Of a stretch of DNA of 64,000 nucleotides, positions 39,991-50,792 are shown one piece after another. A program made the translations under genes and the position numbers. The stretch lies in contig JAJTGZ010000006.1 of the NCBI GenBank assembly GCA_021299385.1, positions 9,926 to 73,925 of the forward strand. The letters run 5' to 3'. Each line of letters starts with the position of its first letter. Positions within the stretch are counted from its first letter, which is position 1. The DNA comes from Phycisphaeraceae bacterium. GTDB taxonomy: Bacteria > Planctomycetota > Phycisphaerae > Phycisphaerales > UBA1924. The notes beneath the pieces are model-generated. The model was not told the origin of the DNA and made no database searches. It saw only the letters and a list, made by a program, of their open reading frames with translations.

Positions 39991-42011
39991 TACTTCCCCC
40001 CCACCAACCAAAGCACCACCATCGCCCCCCCATACGCCAGCAGGCTCATCCACGCAAACTGCAGCACCGCCCACCGCACGCCACCCGCCTCGCGTGCCGT
40101 CACCACCAGCGTCGGCAAACACTGCATCGCCAGCACATAGAACACCAGCATCGACCAGCACGTACCCCGGCTGAAAACCAGCGTCCTCCCATCCGCCCGC
40201 ACCGCCCCCGCCAGCTCATCGCGCACACGCCCCTGCTCGCCCGCGTCATCCCCACCCTCAGCCCCCGCGATCACCACCGACATCGTCCCCACAAAGACCT
40301 CCCGCGCCGCGAAACTCGCCAGGATCCCGATCGTCAACTGCCAGTCCGCCCCGATCGGCGCAAAGACAGGCTCGGCGGCCCTCCCGATCCGGCCCAAAAA
40401 ACTCTCCGACTTGGCATGCCGGGCGTCGATCCGATCCGCCCTGGCCACCAGCACGCCCGCATCCTCCCCCGCAACAACCGCCGCCTGCGCCCGCAGCGCC
40501 TGGGCCTCCGCCGTCGGCCCGGCATGCGGGAACGCCCCCAGCCACCAGAGCACCACCGAGACCGCCAAAATCGCCGTCCCCGCCTTCTTGATGAACATCA
40601 GCGACCGGTCATACGCCGTGATCAATGCCCCCCGCACGCTCGGCAGTTTATAACTCGGCAGCTCCAACGCCATCGGCCTCGCAGCCCCACGCAGGATCGT
40701 CCGCCGGGCCAACAGCGCACTGAGCACCCCCGCAGCAATCCCCAGCGCATAGCACCCCACAAACAGCAACCCACCCACCAGCGCCGGGTGGCTGACGGCA
40801 CCGGACTTACTCAACCCCGCGACGATCAGCCCGATCAGCAGCACGTACACCGGCAACCGGGCCGAGCACGTCATAAACGGCGCAACTAAAATCGTCGCCA
40901 GCCGCTCCCGACGATCCGGGATCGTCCGCGTCGCCAGCACTCCCGGTATCGCGCACGCGTGGCTGCTCAACAACGGCACGAAACTATGCCCCGGCAACCC
41001 AAACGGCCGCAGCAACCGATCGGCCACAAACGCCGCTCGCGCCAGGTACCCCGTGTCCTCCAGCAAACTAATCAAAAAAAACAGCAGCGCGATCTGTGGC
41101 AAAAACACCACCGTCGCGCCCACCCCGGCCAGCACCCCGTCCGTCAGCAGATCGCGCACAGCCCCCGCAGGGAGCACCTCCCGAAGCCCCCCGTTGGCAA
41201 ACGCAAAGATCCCCTCGATCCAACCCATCGGGAAACTAGCCAGCCAAAAAATCCCCGCAAACATCAACCCCATCACCACCGCGAACGCGAGCAAACCCAG
41301 CACCGGGTGCGTCAGCACCATGTCGGCACGGTCGGTGTTCCGCGCCAGCCGCTCGTCCCCCGCGCCCCCGCTGGCCGCGAACGCATAGACCTCCTCGGCC
41401 CACGCACGCAGCCCCACCTCATCGCCAGGCGGCGTCTGCGTCGGCACAACCCCCGCACGCGCCACCTCCAGCAATCGCCCCTTGAGCTCCTCCACCCCCT
41501 CACCCGTCCGCGCACTGATAAGCACCACCGGGCAACCCAGACGCGCGCTCAACTTTGCCGCGTCCACATGCAGACCCTGCCGGCGGGCAAGGTCGATCAT
41601 GTTCACACCCACAACCGTCGGTAGCCTCCGTCGCAGCCCCTCCCCGGCCAGCATCAGGTTCCGACCAAGGTTCGTCGCGTCCAGCACCACCAACATCCCA
41701 TCGGGCACTGGCACCCCCCGCGCCTCGCCGCCCAGCACATCCCGGCAAACCCGCGCCTCGGGCTGCTCCAGCTCCAACGAATACGCACCGGGCAGATCAA
41801 TCAACTCCAGCCGTGCTTCACCAACCGACGCCCGCCCCGTACGCGCCTCCAGCGTCGTGCCCGCAAAGTTGCTCGTCTTGTGCCGAAGGCCTGTCAGACG
41901 GTTAAAGAGCGTCGTCTTGCCCGTATTCGGGTTCCCGACCAACGCAATACTGGGGACATCACCATCGGCAACCCCGCCAGCCCTCTGCGATTCTGTCCCT
42001 GGCTCAGTCAT
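39990..42011 (-). CDS. feoB: Ferrous iron transporter B
   Basis: GNPNTGKTTLFN.LTG, DLPGAYSL, NMID, FLPQI, LEDTGYLARAAF, PFMTCSARLPVY, FAAREVFV. Confidence 0.95.
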   Translation of the reverse strand: MTEPGTESQRAGGVADGDVPSIALVGNPNTGKTTLFNRLTGLRHKTSNFAGTTLEARTGRASVGEARLELIDLPGAYSLELEQPEARVCRDVLGGEARGVPVPDGMLVVLDATNLGRNLMLAGEGLRRRLPTVVGVNMIDLARRQGLHVDAAKLSARLGCPVVLISARTGEGVEELKGRLLEVARAGVVPTQTPPGDEVGLRAWAEEVYAFAASGGAGDERLARNTDRADMVLTHPVLGLLAFAVVMGLMFAGIFWLASFPMGWIEGIFAFANGGLREVLPAGAVRDLLTDGVLAGVGATVVFLPQIALLFFLISLLEDTGYLARAAFVADRLLRPFGLPGHSFVPLLSSHACAIPGVLATRTIPDRRERLATILVAPFMTCSARLPVYVLLIGLIVAGLSKSGAVSHPALVGGLLFVGCYALGIAAGVLSALLARRTILRGAARPMALELPSYKLPSVRGALITAYDRSLMFIKKAGTAILAVSVVLWWLGAFPHAGPTAEAQALRAQAAVVAGEDAGVLVARADRIDARHAKSESFLGRIGRAAEPVFAPIGADWQLTIGILASFAAREVFVGTMSVVIAGAEGGDDAGEQGRVRDELAGAVRADGRTLVFSRGTCWSMLVFYVLAMQCLPTLVVTAREAGGVRWAVLQFAWMSLLAYGGAMVVLWLVGGK

Positions 42012-42025
42012 ATTCGCACCCGGCC

Positions 42026-42379
42026 CTAGCACGCCGGCCCATCCCCCGCCCCACCCCGCGGCTGGACATACACCCCACGCGCCAACCGACGTGCCAGCCC
42101 AATCCGGCTGCCCCCGCACGCGCACGCCGAGGCGCCCGTGTGCAGCACCGCCACGATGCACGGCTCCCCAGCCCGGCACACACGCACCGTCGCCCCGGGC
42201 ACCAACCCCATCGCCCGCAACATGGCCCCATCCTGCTCCCCCACGGCCGTCTCCAGCACCACCCCCGCCCCCCCGGCCAGCACATCACACAACGCCACCC
42301 GCCCAGCACCAACCCCCAGCGCACGCGACAACCCCTCACCCCCCCCATCGCCGACAACTTCACGCCCAGGTCGATCCAT
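42026..42379 (-). CDS. feoA: FeoA family protein
   Basis: LRAMGLVPGATVRV...PCIVAV...SRIGLARRLA; directly upstream of feoB. Confidence 0.8.
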   Translation of the reverse strand: MDRPGREVVGDGGGEGLSRALGVGAGRVALCDVLAGGAGVVLETAVGEQDGAMLRAMGLVPGATVRVCRAGEPCIVAVLHTGASACACGGSRIGLARRLARGVYVQPRGGAGDGPAC

Positions 42380-42408
42380 CGCCATCAGTATAGCACCCCC
42401 GAAGGCAG

Positions 42409-42425
42409 TTGAGAATCAGTCGCAA
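42409..42425. promoter_or_regulatory. Putative iron-regulator box upstream of feoAB
   Basis: Imperfect palindrome TTGAGAATCAGTCGCAA over the -35 position of a minus-strand promoter with -10 TATACT (42392-42387). Confidence 0.5.
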
Positions 42426-42432
42426 ATAGGAT

Positions 42433-42513
42433 GGGCCGAGGTTCCAAGACTAAGGGCCGAGGGCAGACTGCCCTCGGCCCTAAAACCCAACCCCTAACCA
42501 CTAACCCCTTCCC
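42433..42513. repeat. Inverted arrays of 7-bp units
   Basis: gggccga ggttcca agactaa gggccga ggg ... ccc tcggccc taaaacc caacccc taaccac taacccc. Confidence 0.55.
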
Positions 42514-44229
42514 CTAGCACCCCGCAAAGAAGCGGTTGAGGAAGACGATGATGTCGTCGGCGGTGAACTGCCCATCCGGCGACGTGCTCTGGCCCGGGCC
42601 GGCCACGAACCAGTTCAGGAACACGATGATGTCGTCGGCGGTGAGGGCGTTGTCGCTGCCGAGGGATTGGCCTGGCCCGGCGATGTCGCTGGGGCCGCAG
42701 GCGGCGGTGCCGCCAAACTTAACCGCGATGAAGTCTATGTTCCGCGAGGTCGTCGACGACCGCCCCGCCAGCACCAGCCCGCCGTCGGGCATCAGCACCA
42801 TGCCTGCGTTGACACGGTCGTCCGAGTTGCTCGACAGGGCCGCGTTGTAGATTATCGGCGTGCCGACGACGCCCGTCGCCGAGGCCACCGGCAGCGCGAG
42901 CATGTCGAAATCGGGGCCCAGCCCCGTCCCCTTCGTCCATCCGCTCACGACCAGTTCGCCCGTTGGCCGCAGCAGGATCCCACGAAAGTTGGTCACAAAC
43001 TCCGTCGAATTGGCCGGCCCGTTCCACACCGTCGCCCACGCTGCGGGCCCGCCGGCGCTGGGGAACTTGACGATGAACAGGTCATTGGGTGAGGTGCTAG
43101 AGGCGGCCTGGATCCCCGCGGTGTACACGTTCCCCGAGGCGTCCATCACGACCCCCGCTAAGGGCGACTGCAGGTTGCCGGCATCGTCGTTCCACGTCGC
43201 GGTCCAGAGGTGGGTGCCCGAGGCGTCGAACTTCCCCGCCATCGCGTCCCTGGCGCCCACGATGCCGACCATTGCGCTGACGGCCACCTCCCCGCTGGTC
43301 GGGCTGACGAACAGCCCCGTCACCCCGGCGCTGACGGGCCCGGGCGCGAACGCCTCGGTCGCGATGGCCGTTGACGCATCGTTGATCACCGTCAGCAGCA
43401 CCGAGGCTCCGGAGCCCGTCGGCGGCGTGCTCGCGACGTAGACCCGCCCGCCGGTTCCCCGGCGCACCAGATGGGGCACTGTGGCATCCGAGTCGCCGGA
43501 CGCGTTGACCGTCAGGTCCGACACCGTTGCGCCGTTGGCCGGGTCGACCACCAGCACGCCGTTGCGCTGCCCCGCGGTCCTCTGGGCCAGGTATGCCGCG
43601 TACACCCTGCCCGAGTCGCCGATCGCCAGCGACGCAGGGGACATCGACACGATCCCCGTCGGGAAGTACGTCGTGCTCCACACCACGGTGCCCGAAGGCG
43701 ATATCTTCATTATCCCCAAGCCAAACGCCGGTATGGTGGTCGTGTCGGTCGTGTCGTACCGGTATGTCGTCTGGGCCAGCACGTACAGGCTCCCGTCCGC
43801 CCCGAGCGCAGCATCCACGGCTATGTCAATGCCCGTCTGCGTCTGCGGCGTCAGGTTGTCGTCGCCCTGTGTCGGGAAGTCGTACGTCAGCGACCAGAGC
43901 ACCTCGCCCTGGGGCGAGAGCCTCACCACCGCCACGTCGTCGTGGGACAGGAACCTAGCCGGGATCGGCGGCAGGGGCGGGGGCAGGGGCGTGTTCGCGT
44001 TCGAGACCGACCCCCCGAGGACGTACACCCCCCCCGACCCGTCCGCCAAGGCCGTGTAGGGAATGTCCCTCGGCGGGGACTTCAGGCCCGTACGGGCCCC
44101 GTCCCACGTCCGGACCCACGCCGGGGCCTGGGCCCACGAGGTGGCGGACAAACACAAAACGCCCGCACAGGCGGCGAGCTGGAGGCCGGGGACGGGACGG
44201 ACGCGGTCGTTGCGGGGAATCCGGGTCAT
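42514..44229 (-). CDS. Secreted beta-propeller (SBBP-like repeats) protein with C-terminal GC-type dockerin-like domain
   Basis: SD AGGAG, signal peptide ending SWAQ, repeated D.SG.VYV.G / G..LW..T(Y/W) blades, C-terminus ...TADDIIVFLNRFFAGC. Confidence 0.75.
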   Translation of the reverse strand: MTRIPRNDRVRPVPGLQLAACAGVLCLSATSWAQAPAWVRTWDGARTGLKSPPRDIPYTALADGSGGVYVLGGSVSNANTPLPPPLPPIPARFLSHDDVAVVRLSPQGEVLWSLTYDFPTQGDDNLTPQTQTGIDIAVDAALGADGSLYVLAQTTYRYDTTDTTTIPAFGLGIMKISPSGTVVWSTTYFPTGIVSMSPASLAIGDSGRVYAAYLAQRTAGQRNGVLVVDPANGATVSDLTVNASGDSDATVPHLVRRGTGGRVYVASTPPTGSGASVLLTVINDASTAIATEAFAPGPVSAGVTGLFVSPTSGEVAVSAMVGIVGARDAMAGKFDASGTHLWTATWNDDAGNLQSPLAGVVMDASGNVYTAGIQAASSTSPNDLFIVKFPSAGGPAAWATVWNGPANSTEFVTNFRGILLRPTGELVVSGWTKGTGLGPDFDMLALPVASATGVVGTPIIYNAALSSNSDDRVNAGMVLMPDGGLVLAGRSSTTSRNIDFIAVKFGGTAACGPSDIAGPGQSLGSDNALTADDIIVFLNWFVAGPGQSTSPDGQFTADDIIVFLNRFFAGC

Positions 44230-44459
44230 GGAAGGCTCCTGTCTGGGCCGCCCTGGGGGGGCGGCGGGGATGCGGAAGTAACCCGCGGGCACAGGACGCG
44301 GCGACGCCGCCGCAGGCCAGAACCCGCTCGCAGATTCTTCCACAATACACTCTACGGCGATTTGTACAAATTGATTCAACGCGGGGACGGAATAGTATTT
44401 TTTTTTCGATTTATCGCCCCTTAGACCCCCGACCGGCCAGGCCTGGCCAGGAGCCCGAC

Positions 44460-45752
44460 ATGCCCCGCACCCGAAGGCCCGCACCCGCCAGCAAACCGCC
44501 CACCCCCGGCCCCGCCGCCGCCAGCGGCTTCGAGTCCGCCGCCGGCGACGTTGCCGCCGAGTTGCGGTCTGCCATCGGCAAGGTGCTTGACGGCGTCCCC
44601 GGCGCCCCGCGTCGCCCGCTGGACCTCTCCCAGATTCTGTCGATCGACATGAACCTGGCGTGGAAGCTCTGCAACCTCGTCGCTGCGGCCGATCCGTTCG
44701 CCGGGCTGCAGAAGCTCCCGGGCGAATCAGGGATGCGGATCTTCCTCAAGGCCGCCGGGAGGGCCGGCGTCGAGCCTGCCGCCCTGGCCCGCGTCGTGGA
44801 TGCCTTGAAGGCCTACGAGCACCTCACGGCCGAGCACGCCGGCAGCCGCGTTGCGCTCGACTCGCTCCTGGGCCACCTGGCCCGCACCGGGGGCGCCAGG
44901 GCCGGCCTCACCGCCCGCCGGAATGCTTTTCGCGCCGTCTCTTCGCTCGTGGGCGTCCAAGCCGAGGCCCAGGTCGTTACCTACCTCTTCTTCCCCACGT
45001 CCGACGCCGGGCCCGAGCCCGACCCGGCCCGCACCGCCGTCGCCATCATCCGCGGCTACGTGGGCCTCCGCCGCCTCCGCACCGACGTCTCCTGGGTCAC
45101 AGGCCGCGGGCGGCGCACCGACAACGACGGCGAGCGCCCCGCCATGCACATCGCCCGCCCCATCGATCCCGAGGCCGCCAAGCATCACGGCGGGGTCCCC
45201 CTCCTGGCCGGCTTCAACACTGCTGGCACCCGGGCCCACGCCCGCGTCGCACGCACGCTCCTGCCCGACGGCACCGCCGTCGACCGCGTCCAAGGGGGCC
45301 CGGTCGGGCGACAGGGCGCGATGACGTTCTTCATGGGCGAGACCCTCGCCCCAGCTCTGCCCAAGGGCCGCGACGACCGCAACGCCCACCTGCGCCTGGT
45401 TGCCAACTCGCACACCCCCTGCGAGAGCCTCGTGCTCGACATGCTCTTCCACCGCCAACTCCCACCCCTGGGCCCATTGGAGCTCTCCCTCAGTACCGAG
45501 CTTGGGGGCCTCATCCTGGCCAACGCCGACCCGCGCGACCGCGTCAGCCTGACGCTCTGTGAATCCATCGAACCCCGCGGCGCGGGCCTGGCGGGCCTCC
45601 GCCTGGAAGAGTCCCCCGCCTACCTCGAAGCCCTCGAGAGCGTCTGCACCCGCCTGGGCATCGACCCCGCCCAGCTCCAGGCGCACCGCGTCCGGGTCAA
45701 GCACCCGCCCGTGCCCTGCTCAACGCTCGTCCAGCGCCGCATCCTCTGGTGA
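44460..45752 (+). CDS. Uncharacterised protein, possible transcription regulator with N-terminal HTH-like region
   Basis: RRPLDLSQILSIDMNLAWKL resembles an HTH; SD AGGAG; divergent from the dockerin gene. Confidence 0.55.
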   Translation: MPRTRRPAPASKPPTPGPAAASGFESAAGDVAAELRSAIGKVLDGVPGAPRRPLDLSQILSIDMNLAWKLCNLVAAADPFAGLQKLPGESGMRIFLKAAGRAGVEPAALARVVDALKAYEHLTAEHAGSRVALDSLLGHLARTGGARAGLTARRNAFRAVSSLVGVQAEAQVVTYLFFPTSDAGPEPDPARTAVAIIRGYVGLRRLRTDVSWVTGRGRRTDNDGERPAMHIARPIDPEAAKHHGGVPLLAGFNTAGTRAHARVARTLLPDGTAVDRVQGGPVGRQGAMTFFMGETLAPALPKGRDDRNAHLRLVANSHTPCESLVLDMLFHRQLPPLGPLELSLSTELGGLILANADPRDRVSLTLCESIEPRGAGLAGLRLEESPAYLEALESVCTRLGIDPAQLQAHRVRVKHPPVPCSTLVQRRILW

Positions 45753-45780
45753 GCCTCGCACATGCCCACCTTGCCAAGGA

Positions 45781-47355
45781 TCAGCACCCCGCAAAGAAGC
45801 GGTTGAGGAAGACGATGATGTCGTCGGCCGTCAACTGACCATCCGATCCGGGCGACTGCCCAGGCCCGGCCACATCCGATGGCCCGCACGTGGGGCGGAC
45901 GAACGAGAGTTCGACGGTCCTCGTTCCCACCACGTCGCAGTCGCTGTCGACCCGGCAGGAGTAGAAGCCCAGGGTGTTCAACTGCACCTCCCGCAGCACC
46001 AACACCGGGCTCTGGGCCGTGGGGTTTACAAGGGTGCTAATCGGCATGCCGTAATACTGCCACTGGTAGCGGTACCCGCCCCCGCCACCTTCGACGGCGA
46101 CGGTGAACGCCGCGGTCCCAGAGGGGGTCGTCGCTACGGGCGCGGGCTGGACCAGCACGACCAGCGGGGTTGGGCCGGGGTTGTAGCGGGCGATGTTGGT
46201 CGCAGGATTCCCCCCGGCCGAAGTAAAGTACCCGCTCAAGAGCACGTCCCCGCCGGGCAACAGACCCATATAAAACACGTCGGCGTTTGTCCCGCTGCCC
46301 AGCGATGACCATGTGTTTGACCCCGGGTTGTACCGAGCGACGAAGTTGGCCGGCACGCCCCCGGCGGCCGTGAAGTACCCAGCCGCGATCACGTCCCCGT
46401 CCAGCAGGACCACTACGGAGGAGACAAAGTTGTTCAGCCCGGCACCCAGCGCTGACCACGTGTTGGTCGCGGGGTTCAAGCGGGCGATCCCCCTGACCGC
46501 CACCGTGCCCGCGTTCTGGAAGGACCCGCCAACAACCACGTCCCCGCCGGGCAGCACGCCCAGCGTAACGACGGCGTTGTCCACGCCGCTGCCCACACCC
46601 GTCCAGGTGTTGGTGCTCGGGCGGTAGCGGGCAACCTTGCTGACGGCAACGCCGCCGGCAAACGAAAAGTCCCCACCGACGATCACGTCCCCGCCGGGGA
46701 GCACCGCCATGCAATACACGTCGTTGTCCATCCCGCTGCCCATGGCCGACCACGTGTTGGTCGAGGGGTTGTAGCGGGCGATGTAGTTCCGCCCACCGGA
46801 GCCCCCGGCGTTGTTGAACTGCCCGCCGACGATCACGTCCCCACCCGGCAGCACCGCCATCGCAAAGACGAACGAGTTGACACCGGCGCCCAGGGCCGAC
46901 CAGTTCCCCGTCGAAGGGTTGTACCGGGCGATGTTGTTCGCGGGCACGCCCCCGGCGGTCGTGAACACCCCTCCGACGATCACGTCGCCGCCGGGCAACC
47001 GAGCCAGGGCATAGACGGAGCCATTGGTGCCGCTGCCAACCGCAGACCACGCCCCCGTCGCCGGGTTATAGCGGGCGATTGAGTTGGCGGTAATGCCGCC
47101 TGCGGAGCTGAAGATCCCGCCGACGAGCACGTCCCCGCCGGGGAGCGGCTGCGTGCACGTGAAGAAGTTGTTCAGCCCGGGCGTCCCGACGCTGGGCACC
47201 CACCCTGGCAAACACTGCGCCGTAGCCGGACTCGGGGCCACAAAAGCGCCGAGCAAGGCAAGCACAAACGCCACACGCTCGAGACTGCCTCGCAGCATCG
47301 CAAGGGCTTGGGTAACCATGGGGGTAGAAGGCAAGATACTAGTAGAGCCGTTCAT
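45781..47355 (-). CDS. Secreted repeat beta-propeller + Ig-like + GC-type dockerin-like protein
   Basis: Signal peptide ending ATAQ; seven ~48-aa repeats LPGGDVIVGG.F..AGG..A..IARYNP....WS..GSG; Ig motifs YRYQW...GFYSC; ends FFAGC. Confidence 0.8.
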   Translation of the reverse strand: MNGSTSILPSTPMVTQALAMLRGSLERVAFVLALLGAFVAPSPATAQCLPGWVPSVGTPGLNNFFTCTQPLPGGDVLVGGIFSSAGGITANSIARYNPATGAWSAVGSGTNGSVYALARLPGGDVIVGGVFTTAGGVPANNIARYNPSTGNWSALGAGVNSFVFAMAVLPGGDVIVGGQFNNAGGSGGRNYIARYNPSTNTWSAMGSGMDNDVYCMAVLPGGDVIVGGDFSFAGGVAVSKVARYRPSTNTWTGVGSGVDNAVVTLGVLPGGDVVVGGSFQNAGTVAVRGIARLNPATNTWSALGAGLNNFVSSVVVLLDGDVIAAGYFTAAGGVPANFVARYNPGSNTWSSLGSGTNADVFYMGLLPGGDVLLSGYFTSAGGNPATNIARYNPGPTPLVVLVQPAPVATTPSGTAAFTVAVEGGGGGYRYQWQYYGMPISTLVNPTAQSPVLVLREVQLNTLGFYSCRVDSDCDVVGTRTVELSFVRPTCGPSDVAGPGQSPGSDGQLTADDIIVFLNRFFAGC

Positions 47356-47432
47356 CTGCTATCTCCTGAAAATACGTCTACAACAACTAAGGCAAACGCC
47401 TAAAAACTAACACCTAAAACATGACACCTCCC

Positions 47433-50400
47433 TCAGCACCCCGCAAAGAAGCGGTTGAGGAAGACGATGATGTCGTCGGCGGTGAACTGCCCATCCGGCG
47501 ACGTGCTCTGGCCCGGGCCGGCCACGCCGTCAGCGTGTTGTCGCTGCCGATGGACTGCCCAGGACCGGCGATGTCGCTCAAGCCGCACCCGCAGGTGCGG
47601 GCTGTGAGCGTTGTGGCGTTGCTCACAACGAGGTGGCAGTCGTCGAGTACGACGCACCGCTTCTCCCAGTGGCTCCCGGCGGTCCCTGAGCCGCTCGCGT
47701 CGGTGATTGATAGAACACTGGTAGAGGCACCTTGGGCGGTGAAACGGCTTGATGAGCCATACTGATCGAGGTTGAGGCCGTCGTTGACGGTGTTCCACTC
47801 ATTGGCGGGGTCGGTTCGCCACTGCCATTGGTACGAGACGCTACCTTGGGCCGTCAGGCCGATGGTGAAAGTCGCCGAGCGTGTCGGGCAGGTGGTTGTC
47901 TGCGGCGTGGGCTGGGCCGTGATGACCGGCGGAGGGGCGCCGAGGGTTCGGTAGCGGGCGATCAGCTCCGCCGGCACTCCCCCGGCGAGGTTGAAGCTCC
48001 CGCTGGCGAGCACATCACCACCCGGCAGGGCCGCCACCGCGTGGACAGAGGGCGTGAAGTCGGGGTAGGTCGAATCGAGGCCCAACCCGAGCGCCGACCA
48101 ACTGTCGCTGGCCGGGTTGTAGCGGGCGATGGAGTTCGCCGTGATGCCCCCGATGGTGGTGAAGTTTCCGCCGGCGATCAGGTCCCCGCCGGGCAAGACC
48201 GCCAGGCTCGCGACTTCAATCTCCGCTCCTTGCAGGCCTGAACCGAGGGGCGACCAAGTGTTGCTGACGGCGTTGTAGCGGAGGATGCGTTCCATCGTCG
48301 GGTCGTTGATTCCGGGGTATGAACCGGCGATCACATCCCCCCCGGGCAAGACGGCCACGGAGTTCACCTGGTAGAACACCCCGAAGCCAATATCCGACCA
48401 GGTGTTGGCAACCGGGTTGTAACGGGCAATGTTGTTCACAAACACACCCCCGGCTGTGCCGAAAATGCCGCCGACGATCACGTCCCCCCCCGGCGCAAGA
48501 GCCAGGCAGATGCCGATGAAACTCAACCCCGACCCGAGGGCCGACCAGGTGTCCGTCGCCGGGTTGTAGCGTGCGATGTAGTTGGCCTGCACACCCCCGG
48601 CGGTGGTGAAGTCGCCGGTTGCGATCACGTCTCCACCCGGGATGACCAGCAGGTCGAGTGGGCGGGCATTCAAGCCCGATCCGAGGGCCGACCAGGTGTT
48701 GGTCCCCGGGCTGTAGCGGACGATGTTGTTCGCCGGGACTCCCCCGGCGGCGGTGAAGGTTCCGCCGACGATCACGTCCCCGCCGGGCAGGACCGCCACG
48801 GCGTTGATGCTGCTGCTGTTGGAGAACCCATCGGAGCCGAGCTGCGAGAGCGTGTTGGTCGTCGGGTTGTAACGCGCCAGGCGGTTGGTCAGCCAGTCGG
48901 TGCTGGTGGTAAAAAACCCACCAAGGACCAGGTCCCCGTCGGGCAGGACCGCCGAGTCGTTGGCGACGCCCGTGATGGTTATTGGTGGTTCCATCGGCAC
49001 CCACCCCGGCCCGCACCCGCAGTTGAAGAGTTGCGCGGGGGTGCTGGTTAAAGTTACACACCCGTTGCTGACGACGCAGTCATAGGTGCCCTCGTCGTTG
49101 AAACTGACGAACTCGATCGTCAGCGTCGGGGTGCTGGCGGTGGGGTTGCTTAGTTCACTGACCGGGATGCCGTCTTTGCGCCACTGGTAGGTAACCGGGG
49201 CATTCCCAGTGCTCACGGTGGTAACCGAGAACGTGGCGGGGGTGTTTGGTTCGCACGCCTCGAAGTCTGCCGGGCCGGCGGTGATGCTGACGGTCGGGCC
49301 TGTGAAGGAGTAGCGTGCGACACGGGGGGAGTAGAGGTTCCCAGCAAGGCTAAACCCCCCGCCCAGGAGCACGTCCCCGCCAGGGAGGAATGCGAGGGAG
49401 GAGACGTAATAGTTCGTTCCTGAGCCAAGAGTTGACCAGGTGCTGGTCGCCGGGTTGTAGAGGGCGATGTAGTTTGCCGGCGCGCCCCCGGCGGTGGTGA
49501 AGAACCCACCCACGAGCACGTCCCCGGTGGGGAGCGTCGCGAGGGAGGAGACGTACGCGAAGCCCTCCCCCGTTACGCCCGAGCCGAGCGCAGACCAGGT
49601 GCTGGTGGCCCGGCTAAAGCGTGCGATCTTGCTGACCGGTACGCCCCCGGCCGATGAGAAGTACCCACCCGCGATCAGATCGCCGCTTGGCAGGAGCGTC
49701 AGGGCAAGGACGGAGCCGTTGGTACCGAACTCAAACCCAGGCTCATTGCCGAGTGCCAGGCTTGACCATTGCCCGGAGTCAAGGTTGTACCGTGCGACGC
49801 GCAGGGTGTACAAGTTATTGGCAAAGGAGAAGCTGCCCCCGACGAAGAGGTCATTGGTCGCCGGGTCAAAGGCGAAGGAATGCACTCCCGAATCGACACC
49901 CGATCCGAGTGCCGACCAGGTGTCGCTGGCCGGGTCCCAGATCGCAACGTTGTTCGCCGGCACGCCCCCGGCTGTGGTGAAGGACCCACCCACGGCCACC
50001 CTCCCGCCCGGGAGGACGGTCAGGGCGTCGACCGAGGCGAATGTCGCCCCCGAGACCCCCGAGCCGATCGCCGACCAGGTGTTGCTGGCCGGGTTGTAGC
50101 GGGCGAGGTTGTTCGCCGGCACGCCGCCGATGGAGTTGAAAAACCCGCCGGCGATGACGTCCCCGCCGGGCAGCACGGCCAGGGCGATGACTCTCCTGTA
50201 GGTGCTGGTGGACCCCGTATCGATCCTTGACCACTGGCTGGTTGACTGGGAGTAGCGGAAGGTGGTGGTTGTATCAGACTGGCCTTGGTCGTTGACATAG
50301 AATACGTCCCCGCCCACGATAATGTCCCCGTTCGGGAGCGCGGCCACGGCATCGACACCACCGGAATAGAGAGGGGAGAGAGTCTCGACCCACCCCGGCC

Positions 50401-50587
50401 CGCACTGCCCGCGGGCTGGCGCTGGGTTAGCCAGCAGCAGCATGACCACCAGGGCCAGCACCACGCCGCTGGCACGGCGCAGGGGCGATGTGGGGCGTGT
50501 TGACCAGGCCACTAGGCCCGGGATGCGTTGGAGTAAGGGGGAGCAACGGGTGGACGCATGGCAAGCCGGGACGGTGGTGGTGCGCAT
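47433..50587 (-). CDS. Secreted double beta-propeller/Ig-like protein; dockerin-like tail frameshifted as assembled
   Basis: Two blocks of the same repeat, each followed by an Ig motif (TYQWRKDG...EGTYDC; SYQWQW); frame changes near 47527, so FFAGC* (47433) is out of frame and the ORF runs to 47414. Confidence 0.75.
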
Positions 50588-50792
50588 GTCTGGATTCCCT
50601 AAGACGGCCATTGGGCCAAAGAAGAAGGATAAAGACCACCCCATCGGGGGTATGGTCAGCTTCAGGGATGGGTAATCTAACCGATGGGGCGGGGGATTGC
50701 AACTGATCGACGGTAGATTGCGCGAAAAATAACCTAGAGACCGGGCCGGTGCCCTCAAAAATCGGGCCTGGTCTTATAACTAAGCATTGTTA

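Noticed and set aside
42516..47526. Diversity-generating retroelement template/variable repeat pair
   Set aside because: The two 92-bp copies are identical with no adenine-specific differences, and no reverse transcriptase is in the window.
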